Below are positions 1 through 13,655 of a stretch of DNA of 64,000 nt, piece after piece (position 1 is the first letter of the stretch; each line of letters begins with the position of its first letter). Origin of the DNA: the human T2T-CHM13v2.0 reference genome, Homo sapiens. The notes below the pieces were generated by a model. That model searched no databases, had not been told where the DNA came from, and worked only from the letters and a program-made list of their open reading frames with translations. The position numbers and the translations under genes were made by a program. Location: the NCBI RefSeq assembly GCF_009914755.1, contig NC_060930.1; one strand, 5' to 3'.

Positions 1-91
<91 letters not shown>

Positions 92-1499
92 TAATTGCAG
101 ATGGGGTCTTTGGAAATGTTAGTCACCTTACTGGTGTGACTCCAACAATGGAAAAATGTCAAAGTTTAAACATAGCGAATAAAGCCTAGAGTGATATGTT
201 TATCTATAAAGTCTTACCCAAATGCTGAGTGAGTGCCAGAAACACAATGACTTCTACTTTCCACATTTTGACTATTACAAGCTTCTTGGAAGAAGATGTG
301 ACAATAGTTCAAAACTTCTGAAATTATTCAGTTCATGATCTTTTAATTAAAAACCAAGATTTCTGATCACATCATTATATTAATATATTGGAGGAGATAC
401 ACCTTCTTTCTTTCCCTCTCCTTAAAACACACCAGACATACACACACTCGCATACTCACAGTTATATTTGTTTTTTTTGGAAGCAAATTTCTTATATTAC
501 ACACCATGATGCTGTAGTACAGTATTCTCATTAACTAGCAAAGTTTACTTATGTAAATTTGCACAGTAAAACAAAGCAAGAAAAAACCCATTTTTAATGT
601 AAATTAATATTTCCACTGAGGAAAAAAAATCACAGCTACAGAAAATGGGGAGGAGAAATAAGAGAAAGCTCCCTACTTGAGAATCTCCTGTGATTGGAGT
701 CTTATTCTTACATAAACCATATTTAAGTTTATTTGCAAAAATTATCACATGCCCGTTATTAATCTATTGTCCAATGTGAAAGGAAGCAAGAATAAAATAC
801 TTTACTTCAGTTAGAAATACAAATACATTAGATTGTTGAGTCCTTAGCCTAACTAACAGCAGTTACTAAATTTAGCCTTTATCTGTATCTGTATTTGTAT
901 ATGTATACGTACACATATGCTGTTAAGGTAAATTTGACACAACTAAAAACATTAGGGAAAAATTTATTTCTTATGTTTAGAGATACAAATATTTAGTAAA
1001 CAAATAAAATGGGTACAAAGTTAACTGGAATCACTCTGTGCAGAAATTTGGGCCTCATGTTTAGCCTTTGACTTGCATTTCCCAAGCCAGCTGTGACTTC
1101 TAGTGTTGGGAGTGGTGTGTGGCAAGCAAGAACCCCACCAAGAGTCTGCAGCCCTTCCTCCCTCCATAGGTGCTGCTTATTCCATTAAACTATCCAATGG
1201 GAAGGAAGGAACAGTTTCTTCTGAAATATCCCACCCATGAGTCACTGTGGTCTCCCCTTGGGAACAGTGGGCCATCTCTAGGGTTGAGGGACGACACCCA
1301 GATCAGAAGCTGGCCCCTACTCTCACCAGAATCCCACAGGAATTGAGGCTCCTTGGACAAAGATGATGCACTGCGAAGCTGTGCCCTGGGACACTGGAAC
1401 TGATCAAGGTGTGGGCTGAGAGTTCCCGAAGTCCCCCCGGGAGTAGAATGACACATGGCCGTGCGTATTGAGTACCCATGTCTAAGAGTTCTCCAACTG

Positions 1500-1881
<382 letters not shown>

Positions 1882-2245
1882 CTAAGTTGCCTTTTGAAGA
1901 GTGTTTTTAAAACCATCTTACCATGTACATTTTGCCTCCTTCAATAACCTTCACAACTTTATTCTTTTTCAAGATTACTAAAACAAATGACAGTCTGGAG
2001 AATTCTGGCTGTCAAAATTTCCCCTGAGTTTCTTTCCTTAGTAGGCATGGTGCAGTTACTTGGGGACATTTTCTTCCATGTAATTAGAGAAGCAGAGGTG
2101 AGTTCCCACAACCCTGGAACTACAGAGCTTGATCATTGATCAGTTGGCCTGACGCTGAACAAAACAAACTTGGCAGCAGCATGACAGGGTTCACTGCCAG
2201 GCATTTGTTTTCCAGATTATCTAACTTCATTTTGAGCAAGTATGA

Positions 2246-2576
<331 letters not shown>

Positions 2577-2589
2577 TAAAAAAAAAAAA

Positions 2590-2820
2590 GTTTTTTTAAG
2601 AGACAGGATGTCACTCTGTTGCCAGGCTAGAATGCAGTGGTGCAATCATGGCTCACTGCCTCCCGAGCTCAAGCAATCCTCCCACCTCTACCTCCCAAGC
2701 AGCTGGGACTATAGGCACACACCAGCACACCCTGCTAGTTAAAAAAAAAAAAATCTGCAAAATTTTGTTTGATCCTCCAGCTCCAGCCTCCCAAAGTGCT
2801 TGGACTACAGGGATGAGCCT
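2590..2820 (-). mobile_element. Alu (AluJ-like), internally deleted
   Basis: Degenerate antisense Alu motifs (TCACTCTGTTGCCAGGCTAGAATGCAGTGG; CCTCCCAAAGTGCT). Confidence 0.85.
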
Positions 2821-2859
2821 CTCCTTAATTAGCAGTCTCACACTTTCCTGCAGTTTTAA

Positions 2860-3234
<375 letters not shown>

Positions 3235-4579
3235 TGACTCAATTATTTGCTTAGTAAATAATTGAGGAATTACTTCACTTTTCACTCGTCTGGAACATAA
3301 AATGGTAAAATTCTTCTCAAGATCTTGCATGAAGCAAATTACATTTTGCTAAAGTGATCAGGTCTTCCAAATGATTTTACTAAGCAGGTTTTAGTTTTAG
3401 GACAAGTTTAACACAAGTGTAGTTATCTGTGAGGCCTTAGTAACTTTTTGGCTTCCTCAACTCCAGGAAAGAAGTGGAGGGGAATTCAGTGTAAGTAGTT
3501 TCTCTGTGGTCCCTCAACAAATGCAGCCCTCGGGGTCTGCTCCGGGCGCCGAAGCACAGTCCGCGTGCTCTGTGGAGGGAATGGAGAGTGTTGGTTCATC
3601 CAGTGAGTCAGGAAAGTGGATTACAAGTGGCTCCTCTGTGTTGATATTTCCATGATTTGAAATTCTGATGCTTGGCTTTAAGCCACTTTATGTATTTTAA
3701 CTATTTTCACCCTTGCAATAACCACAGGGGGTGGGTACACAAGAGTACATTTTATAGAGGAGGTAACAGCTCCAGGGGAGGCCAAGTAGCTTGCCCAGTG
3801 GCCAAGACAGCCCAGCTCCAGTGCAGATCTTCTAAAGCGTTACCATTTTCCCTCTTTATAGGGAGAAAAGAAATGATAATGGTCAAATGTGACTAAGCTG
3901 GTTGAAGTATGGTTAAGTAGCTTTGAAAGTGTAACATACAGATATTCATAGCGTAAGAGGAGCCATGGAGAAATACACAAGTGAGTTTCGTGTGCTTTGG
4001 AACGAGGAAGCATAACCAAGCTAGAAATGAAATGAATGGTGATTGTCTCTTGCTAATGAATGATATAAGATATCCTAAGGTAAAATCCCAATATATGGGA
4101 TTATATGACTCTCTGTCCTTTGACTATCTGTGCTAGAATAAAACTTCTGCCAAAATGTGTGGGCCAGGGTAATGAAATCAAGAAAGATATTCTGAGCTGG
4201 AAAACAAAAATTCAGTTCTGCATTTACACCTTACATGAATGATCTCCCTCTCCCACAGAAGTTCCCTTCCTTTTTTCTATAACTGGGTGAACAGCATTGC
4301 CATCTGCCCACCTGTGATTTTGGCTAAACCTCACTGCCATCCTTGCCTTCTCCCTTGCTGAATTTTGACCCAGTGCATGCTGGGTAATAGGACCTGCCCT
4401 TGTATCTTTCAGCATTTCATATGTCTTGCCATACTAGGCACTTATTAAGACATGTTTATGAAATTGAATGATCCTGGTCAGAAAAAGTGGAATGAGACAA
4501 AAACAAAAATTCTGCAGCTTTTCAATTTAAATATAAAAGATGAGTAAATATGTTTTTATTTTTATCATAAAGAAGCTAA

Positions 4580-4804
<225 letters not shown>

Positions 4805-5374
4805 TGAGACATCAAGGGTTACAGGGTGGCCTTATTAGAACATTTCAGCTGAGTTTTCAATTCAGGGACATTTGGAAATTTTTTTTTAATCTAAAGTAGA
4901 ATTCCTAAGTGAGGTAACTCTGATGTGAAAACTGACTCTGGAAACCTGGATTGGTGACTATGATGGTTCAGCAAGCTGGGAATTCACTTATAACATCATT
5001 TCAAGTTAGAAAAATTGGTGTTGTGTTTGCAGTCATCTGTAACAACATGAAGTTTCAAGGGTTTTGGCAGACCCACATGAAGTACTTTGGAGCCTAAAAG
5101 TCACAGAGGCTAACTCCCTGGATACGTTTACTGTTGCTCTCAGAGATGATGGAATGACTAAAAAGCCATGAGAAGGGCTCTTCATAGAGGCCCTTTTCTG
5201 AGAAGTTTGCGTTGCATGGCATTAGGAAGAAGGTCATGTGCTTTTCAAAAATTCCATCTGCATAGGAACGAGAGCAATGCTAACATGAAATGGAGCAGGA
5301 TTGCTGTATAGTTTTCAAACTATTCATGCATTCACTCAACAGTGCATTCACTCCACAAATATTTTCTGAGCTCC

Positions 5375-5664
5375 TTTTTGTTTTGTTTTGAGACAGGGTC
5401 TCATTGTGTCACCCAAGCTGGAGTGCAGTGGCACCATCACAGCTCACTGCAGCCTTGACCCCCGGGCTTAAGTGATCCTCCCACCTCAGCCTCCTGAATA
5501 GCTGGGACTATAGGCAGGCACCACCATGCTAATTTTCGCATTTTTTGTATAGATGGAGTTTTGCCATATTGCCTAGGCTAGTCTCAACTCCTGAGCTCAA
5601 GTGATTCACTCTTCTCAGCTTCCCAAAGTACTGGGATTACAGGCGTAAGCCACCATGCCTGGCC
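5375..5664 (-). mobile_element. Alu (AluJ-like)
   Basis: Antisense Alu with TSD TCTGAGCTCCTT. Confidence 0.93.
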
Positions 5665-5936
5665 TCTGAGCTCCTTCTACGTGGCAGTTCCTGGGAGCCA
5701 CTGGGGATAGTTGTCTGATGAACTGTATATTCTAGCAGAGACTGGGGGCTGGGTAGTGGATAGAGAGAGATGGTAAACCCATAAAATAAATGTAGAAAAC
5801 AAGATTATAAGAGCAAGTAACCATACTTTTGAGAGACAATGGATTAAAAAAAAAAGAGAGCTTCTTCACTATCTCAAAGAAAAACATGTATGTTGAATAA
5901 CACCTCCCAAAATGTAGTCATTGAAATGTGTTTTAG

Positions 5937-5993
5937 GTTTTTGGAAAAATTATCCTGAAGGAGCTGGCATTGATTTCCTTCCTGAATCTGTAA
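5937..5993 (+). CDS. IYD: IYD alternative exon using the upstream acceptor, giving a 247-aa truncated isoform
   Basis: GTGTTTTAG|GTT acceptor. In frame with exon 4: VFGKIILKELALISFLNL-TAA. 229+18=247 aa, matching a recalled annotated isoform length. Confidence 0.72.
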   Translation, partial: VFGKIILKELALISFLNL

Positions 5994-5997
5994 GCAG

Positions 5998-6109
5998 GTA
6001 AATAATGGAATCACCATGCGGCATCAGACTGCGAGGCACCGCCACCTGATTGAGGGTCCTGGAAGAAGCAGCGAAGCCTGCAGCAAGCTCAGCTCACAAG
6101 GCCGCCCAG
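5998..6109 (+). CDS. IYD: IYD alternative cassette exon (112 nt), giving a 293-aa isoform with a frameshifted C-terminus
   Basis: TAAGCAG|GTA ... CCAG|GTGCCT. In frame with exon 4: VNNGITMRHQTARHRHLIEGPGRSSEACSKLSSQGRP. It shifts the last exon to [30 protein letters not shown] (8680-8682). 229+37+27=293 aa, the length I recall for an annotated IYD isoform. Confidence 0.8.
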
Positions 6110-6619
6110 GTGCCTCTGCAGCAGGCAGTCTTTTTCACTTTGCCATTGAGTTTGCTGCCCCCTAGCTTTCATAAGGCATAATCCCGAGAGTAGGTTATGA
6201 TTAGTGATGGAGGAAAGAAAAATCTCCATGAAGCCCGCATCTCCAGTATGGTGACTGGGTCTGATAAGCGCGCCATGCATGTCTTGTAGAGGCAGCTTCC
6301 AGAACTTCCTGGTCAGGTTTAGAGGTGGTGATCTGATTGGAAAAGCTGGAGAGGGGCAGGCGGGGAAGTGTCTGGAAGCTACTCATTGCTTTTACTTAGA
6401 TGTTTGTTATTTGGAGGCTTGGAAAGAGGTCGATGGGGTACCCCTTGGCCACTGAGTCCCCTATCAACGGGCATCAGCATCTCACTGGGTGGGGATGCTC
6501 TGCTTCCATGGTTGGCTCTGTAGTCATAGGAACTTGCCGTGGTGGTTGTTGTTTAGAATATAATATACAAGCCTTTATTAATATATTAAATACCAAGAGC
6601 TAGTAGTAGCTCTATAATT

Positions 6620-6895
6620 TTAAAGTAGTGATGAATGTAATGATATTTTAAAATATCTATAACAACTGTAAAATGATATGAAAATAACTGTGGATTTCAT
6701 TGGTGATAAAGTCATAGATATTGCTAACACTACTGTGGTTTGCTGCCTACATTTATAAAGGAAGAAACTGCTAAATTTCAGTTAGATGTTAGTGAATATG
6801 AAAACTTTTTTTTTCAAATTCAAGTTCATGGACCTGCTAAATTCAATCCTTGGCCCTTTGGGGGTCTGAGGATTCCAGTTAAAAAAATCCTGACC
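6620..6895. mobile_element. Old DNA transposon fragment (hAT-Charlie-like)
   Basis: Resembles a recalled Charlie-family MER sequence (ACTACTGTGGTTTG...AAATTTCAGTTAGA...CAAGTTCATGGACC). Subfamily is uncertain. Confidence 0.45.
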
Positions 6896-7135
6896 TATAA
6901 TAAGACCAAAGTACTCACATCGAGAGAGTGAAAGATAAAATAATAATAGAAGTCAACTTAACATTAATAATATTAATAAGAGGAATTGTTTAATATGGTC
7001 TGTGTATTTGCAGGTTTCTACTGCTAGAGACATACAAAATTCAGTATGGAGTAAAAGCTATGTCTTGAAAAGGACCAAGATATAAAATGACACTAAATTA
7101 AGGTGTAAATATTTTCTCAAAAAAGTTTAAGACTT

Positions 7136-7463
<328 letters not shown>

Positions 7464-7669
7464 CTATGTGAAGATATGATCAAGGAGAAGAAACGCCATG
7501 ATAAAGTAGAGCTAATGACAGAAAGAAGAAATCAGTTAGGTTTTTTGATGCATGTATTCTTGAGAACAGTCTCTCAGGTATTGTGAAATCTTCGTTAATC
7601 AAGGTATAGTATATGATGATGTTGTATAAGAGACCTTCAGCAAGAAACTATATTGAGTCACTCTAGATT

Positions 7670-7743
7670 CATATATGTGCATGTGTGCATGTATCTATAT
7701 ATGGGTTCATATATATATGGGTTCATAAATATATATGGGTTCA
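7670..7743. repeat. TA-rich short tandem repeat, three copies of ~ATATATATGGGTTC
   Basis: ATATATGGGTTC recurs three times in tandem. Confidence 0.8.
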
Positions 7744-7829
7744 AATGCCAATATTAGAGTTATTGATAACAAATCATAGATTCCAGGCAGATCACTGGAG
7801 TTCAGGAAAGAATATTTAGCAGGAAAATT

Positions 7830-8136
7830 GGCCAGGTATGGTGGCTCACACTTGTAATCCCAGCACTTTGGGAGGCTGAGACGGGCAGATCACTTAAGCT
7901 CAGGAGTTTGAGACAAACCTGGGCAATATGGCAAAACCCCATCTCTATAAATAAATACAAAATATAGCCAGGCATGGTGGTGCATGCCTATAGTCTCAGC
8001 TACTTAGCAGACTGAGGTGGGAGGATGGCTTGAGCCCAGGAGGCAGAGGTTACAGTGAGCCGAGATCATGCCACTGCACTCCAGCCTGGGTGATAGAGCC
8101 ATACTTTGTCTCAAAAAAAAAAAAAAAAAAACAAAA
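7830..8136 (+). mobile_element. Alu (old AluJ/S)
   Basis: Dimeric Alu flanked by ATATTTAGCAGGAAAATT / ATATTTAGTAGGAAAATT. Confidence 0.93.
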
Positions 8137-8599
8137 CCGAATATGTATATTTAGTAGGAAAATTATGTCGCATTTGGGCTAGGACACTGCTTTGGTGGAC
8201 TCTCTTATCATTTGGTTCTTGTACCAGGACACAGACCAACCCCTTAGCTAAAAGGAACTCCCTGTTGTTTTTGCCTTTCCTCTACTGTAGTTGGATTCCT
8301 ACAGTATTTTTCTGTAAAATAACCATTCCTATTTCTTAAGCATCAATGAAAAATAATAGTATTTTTCTTCTTCCAAAAGCTTGCCACTGCTTGGTTAAAA
8401 GAAGGGAGGGGGTGGGGAGATTGATGGGGGCAGGGAGGTTCACGATGCCATTACTTGAGCTGGCAGCCTCTTTGCTGCCCAACTTCAGGGAAATGATAGG
8501 AAGAGCAGGTATAATCAGGACAAGAAGGTCCCCAGGTTAGAGGGAGAGCAGTCATTCTGCCTGCTGACTTTAAAATGCTTTCTTGTCCTCTTATTTTAG

Positions 8600-8782
<183 letters not shown>

Positions 8783-9304
8783 GCAGGGCCCCCCAAGGGA
8801 GTGGCAGGGAGATGGCGCCCCTGCTTTTCCCTGAGCCTCTCGCCTGCTCCTCTTGGGTCTCTTGGCTGCTCTTTCTCCAGGTGTCAGGTCCCCTCATTGC
8901 TCTTCTCAGGTGGCCACACTATGTCAAGAAGCCTCTCCACACTCTGTGGCACTTCCAGTCCCATAAATCCTGTTTCTTATCCACTTTGGAAATGCATGAA
9001 CACTTTACAAAGAACATGCCCGGGTTTTTACATTTTAAAAGTTATTCTAGACAATCACTATTGGCTTTTTTCTTTTATTTTTAAAAAACTCACATAGAGG
9101 AGACAATCAGAAATTTACTATAGTCCCAAGAATTCAGCTACATGATGACTCGAATTTAAATTTAGATTAATCAAATGGTCTCCTGTTCTCTGATTTCTGG
9201 TGGCTTTTAGACACTAATTTTTGAGAACTACTTTTTTTTTTTTACCAAACTTCAGGGACACTCTGCTAGTTTTGAATAAGTAACCATCAAAGTTACTAAA
9301 ACAT

Positions 9305-9605
9305 GGCCAGGCGCAGTGGCTCATGCCTGTAATCCCAGCACTTTGGGAGGCCGAGGTGGGCAGATTGCCTGAGCTCAAGAGTTCGAGACCAGCCTGGCCA
9401 ACATGGTGAAACCCCATCTCTACTAAAAATACAAAAAATTAGCTGGGCATGCACTTGTAATTCCAGCTACTCAGGAGGCTGAGGCAAGAGAACTGCTTGA
9501 ATCCGGGAGGTAGAGATTGCAGTGAGTCAAGATGCTGAGATGCCACCACTGCACTCCAGCCTGGGCAACAGAGCGAGAACCTGTCTCAAAAAAAACAAAA
9601 ACAAA
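9305..9605 (+). mobile_element. Alu (AluS) in the IYD 3'UTR
   Basis: Dimeric Alu with TSD AAAGTTACTAAAA. Confidence 0.94.
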
Positions 9606-10189
9606 GTTACTAAAATGTCACCTTCACAGAACAGGACAGGGTACCCTTGGGTCGCACGGGCCTGGCTGGCATGTAAACGGTCAGTTGCACTGCCTAGTGG
9701 TTTGGTAGATCTGACTTGTAAGCAGTTCATAGAAGCTGCTCAATACTCAAGAATCTTGCAAGACAGTTATTAAACATTCATAGCTTGAAATTGCCCATGG
9801 TGGGAGAGTTTACATCACAACCACTACAAATCAGCACTTGCTTTCTTTTTCTTAAAGAGAGCTGCTTACCATACATAGCACCCACAGTGTCTCCCTTCTC
9901 TTGTACCCCAACCCCTGAAACACACTGACCCCTATTCTCCAGATGACAGCACAGCTGTTTGGGACTGATAGGGTCACAGGTGCCAGGTTGGGAATGCTAG
10001 ATGTAGTCTTCACCCATCACCTTCTGTCGTCCTCCCAGGGGTGTCATATTTACAGAGGCAAACTCTTACAGCTTGGATGATTTCTCATCAAGCAACTCTA
10101 CTCACCTCTTTTTCCCCTTTCCCTGTGCGTTTCTTCTTCTTGTCCTCATTTTCCTTGAGAAAACTCTCTCTATAAAAAATTTCCATAGA

Positions 10190-10507
10190 GTATGTGGCTG
10201 ATAAACAACAGAAATTTGTTTCTCACAGTTCTGGAGGCTGGAAGTCCAAGGTCGGGGTGCCCTCATGGTCAGGTGCTGGTGAGGACCCTGATCTGGGTTG
10301 CAGACTGCTGACTTCTCATTGTGTCCTCGTGGTAGAAAGAGGGTTAGAGCCTCTGGCATGCCTTTTATAAGGGTACTAATCCCATCATGAGGCCCCAACC
10401 TTATGACCTCATCACCTCCCAAAGGACCCCCTCCTAATACCATCACATTGGGGGTTAGGGTTTCAACATATGAATTGCGGGGGACACAAACATTCCGTCC
10501 ATGGCAC
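10190..10507 (-). mobile_element. MaLR LTR (MLT1A-like)
   Basis: ATAAACAACAGAAATTTGTTTCTCACAGTTCTGGAGGCTGGAAGTCCAAG ... GGGGGACACAAACATTC. Confidence 0.85.
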
Positions 10508-11204
10508 CTACTTCATAGGGTTTGGCATGCTGCTCGGTACATGGTTAACATTCATAAATGGTGGGGGCCCTTACTGTGGTAGAAACCATTGTCACTGCAA
10601 GGCAGCCCTGCTTGGGATTCAGGTGAACAAATGTAACATGGGTGGGTGAGGGACTCCCTCCTCTTCAGAGAAGCCCTCCTGTGGCTCAGGGGCAGCTGCA
10701 GGGCCAGATGGAGTTGGCCTGCAGGGAGTCAGCCTTACCCCATCAGAGACCAACTTGAAAGATTTTTTTCTCTGTGTAGTTCGTGTTATCAATCTGATCT
10801 GCAGCCAGGCTATTTACTTCTGAAGCATTGGAGTTATCGATTGCCATTGCCCCATGGTTCTCACTCTTTGCAGGCACTCTTCAAATTTTTATTTTAAAAA
10901 TTATAATGCAAACATCTGGCCATCACCTTAACCAAGTGACAAAGTCCTAGCACACCATTAATGGTAGGATAACTGACATTAAGTGTTCCTGCTGGGATGA
11001 ATTATGAAGTATTCCTTCCAAAGATGTCAATGGAAACTAATCGAGTCTTACACCTAATTTTCAGTTTACAGTAAATACAGAGGATAAAGAAGTTAATGGC
11101 ATGGTGGAATAACCAAAATGTGTATCATTCTACAAAAAAATAGGCCTGGACTATTTAAGGAGTGAGTGTCACTGTGGGAAGAATAAGAGGGGGACTGTCT
11201 TGTC

Positions 11205-11365
11205 CTTGCTACTCAAAGAGTGGTCCTGGGCCTGTATCATCATTGGGACCACCTGGGCGCTTGTTAGAATCAAAGACTCTCAGGCCTCACCTAGACATCC
11301 AGAATCAAAATCTGCATTTTAACAAGATGCCCAGGTGATCTGCATGCCTGTTAAAGTCTGAGCTC
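11205..11365. mobile_element. MER5 (hAT-Charlie MITE) within old L1 fragments
   Basis: CTACTCAAAGAGTGGTCC...ATCTGCATTTTAACAAGATGCCCAGGTGAT. Flanks at ~10900-11700 resemble an L1M 3' region. Confidence 0.75.
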
Positions 11366-12469
11366 TGTTGCAGATAACCAGAGACCCAACAACCAAAGGC
11401 AAAGCGTAAGCCTTGATTGGATTTTGGTTTAGGAAAAATCTCATAGGTATAAAAGACAACTGGGAATGTTGAATGTGGATCTGGTGGTAGGTGATATTGT
11501 TAGTGATGTGAGTGATGCCTGCTGAAGTACTGAGAGATGAAGCATCATATTGACAACTTACTCCAGGAAAAAAGGTGTGTGTATAGGTGTGTGTTCGGAG
11601 AGTGTGAGCGAGAACTAACATGGTAAAATGTTAGGTGGAGCATATACAGTTCTCATTATACTCTTATTTTAAATTTATATTTGAACACAGTCAAATCTGA
11701 ATGGAAATACATTTAAATAAGCATTTCTTTCAGTCATATAAGTAATTTGCCTAAAAATGCCCTCTAAGTCCATCATTAGGTTAAGCGATTTACTGAAGGT
11801 GCAGATATCATGCTTATTTCATTGGGTTGTTTTGGAATGTCCCCCACTTGGAGAGTTTGAGGAATGGAAATGAGAATCGGAGGAGAAATAAGGCCAGAGG
11901 CTCACATTGCTTGCAGGGAACCGACTGAGTAATGAAGAAGAGGAAGGAAGCCCTTGGAAGGAACGTAAAATCCATTTCAGCCTGCCGCCCCTTGGAATGG
12001 AGGGTCTTCTAGGGACCAGAAACACCAGACACTTCTTCTGCCCCAAGCACACCCCACACTAATTTCTGCTGCAGCATCACGATCAGGGCAAATCAGCACA
12101 GCCCCCCAGCCATCAGTGGTGTCTAGAAAAGTAAGGATAATTTTCTTCCTTCTCACTGCAGCCCCAAGCTCTTATTAACCTTCTTTTATGTGTTCATTAA
12201 ATGCAGTCATGTGACAACTGTGTTCAAAGTTAGAAATAGTGGTCGGGGAGGCTTATAGATCCTCTTGCTGTTCTGAGGCCTTAAAACCAAAAAAATAATG
12301 GAATGATTGCATCACTGCGAGGAAGTATACTTAATTAAGAAAGTTGAAAATGGTTTGTGTCTTACTAATAGGACTCACCTGAAGACTCTACTTTGCCAAG
12401 AGGGAATTTTTAACTCAAAGTTGTGTCAGCCAGCACGGGGTAGAGCCATGGTCCTCATACTTGCTGGCA

Positions 12470-12635
12470 TCCCTCATCTGGTGGTCTGTTAAAGCACAGA
12501 TTGCTGGGCCGCACCCTCAGGGTGTGTGATTGTGTGATTCAGTATTGCTGGGTGGTGCCCAAATGCTCCAGTTCTAATGTATTCCCAGGTGTTGCTGATG
12601 CTGGTGATTGGGTACCACATTTTGAGAACCATGGG
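12470..12635. mobile_element. MER5A
   Basis: GTTAAAGCACAGATTGCTGGGCC...CCACATTTTGAGAACCA. Confidence 0.75.
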
Positions 12636-13504
12636 GCATTGGCAATCAACAAATGCAATGCTTGTGACTTGACGTGATAAAAGTTCATTTATTGGGCAGG
12701 CAAAGTCCTCTGCAGGCCTGGAAACCCTCCGAGACAATTACTTGCATGGGGTAACCCAGTAATACTGTGGGATGCACCTTCTAGGGCATGGCTGCCTCCT
12801 TCCTAGAGGCAGCAGGGGGAGAAAACACTGGAAGAGGTCACCCCAACAATTCCATCGTACCTTGGCCTAGGAGTGACCTCCTCAGTCTCACAACCCTTTG
12901 GCTAGAACTAGTCATGTGACCTCACAGGAGGTGGAGCAGTGTCGTCAATGTTATCATCCCCCTGCACCTGCAAGGAAGGAGGCCCAGATGTGTGTAGGTG
13001 CTGGATGTCTCTTCCCCAAAACATATAACTCTGGATTTGGAAAACAAAACTGGATATAACAGAAAAGAAAAGGAGGGGAGAAGGAAAGTTGAAGAAATTG
13101 GTGAAATCAGAATAGGACAGTGAAAGGCATAAAGATTTTCTTCTGAAACGCTAAGATCGGTTGATATTTGTCTAATACAGCTTTAAATAGAGTATCACTT
13201 TGGGCCAAAGAAAATTGATATAAACATACATAAAGTGGAACTAAGATTGACTTCTTCCTAGACATCTCTGCCTCTGTCCACAAAATGGAAACTTCCATCA
13301 AGGAGTACTGGAGGACAGTTCAGTATTTCTTCTTATTTGCTCCTCCCTATGAAAGGAAGAGTGACTTCTCTGCTGCATGATATTGGGGGTAAATAGTTAT
13401 TGCACATTTGCTCAAACCCCAGCAAAGTGCACCCCATTTTAAGCCAAATTTACAAACTGGGGGTGATTCACCTTACAAAGATGATCCCCCAATAGTTTTC
13501 TCTA

Positions 13505-13655
13505 TTTACTTTATTCTTGCTCTGTCACCCAGGCTAGAATGCAGTGGTGTGATTATAGCTCACTGCAGCCTCCAACTTCTGGACTCAAGTGATCCTCCCA
13601 CCTTAGCTTCCCAGGTAGCTGGGATACAGGTGCACGCCACCACACCCAGGCTAGT
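13505..13655 (-). mobile_element. Alu monomer/half (AluJ or FRAM-like)
   Basis: TCTTGCTCTGTCACCCAGGCTAGAATGCAGTGG...GCCACCACACCCAGGC. Confidence 0.85.
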
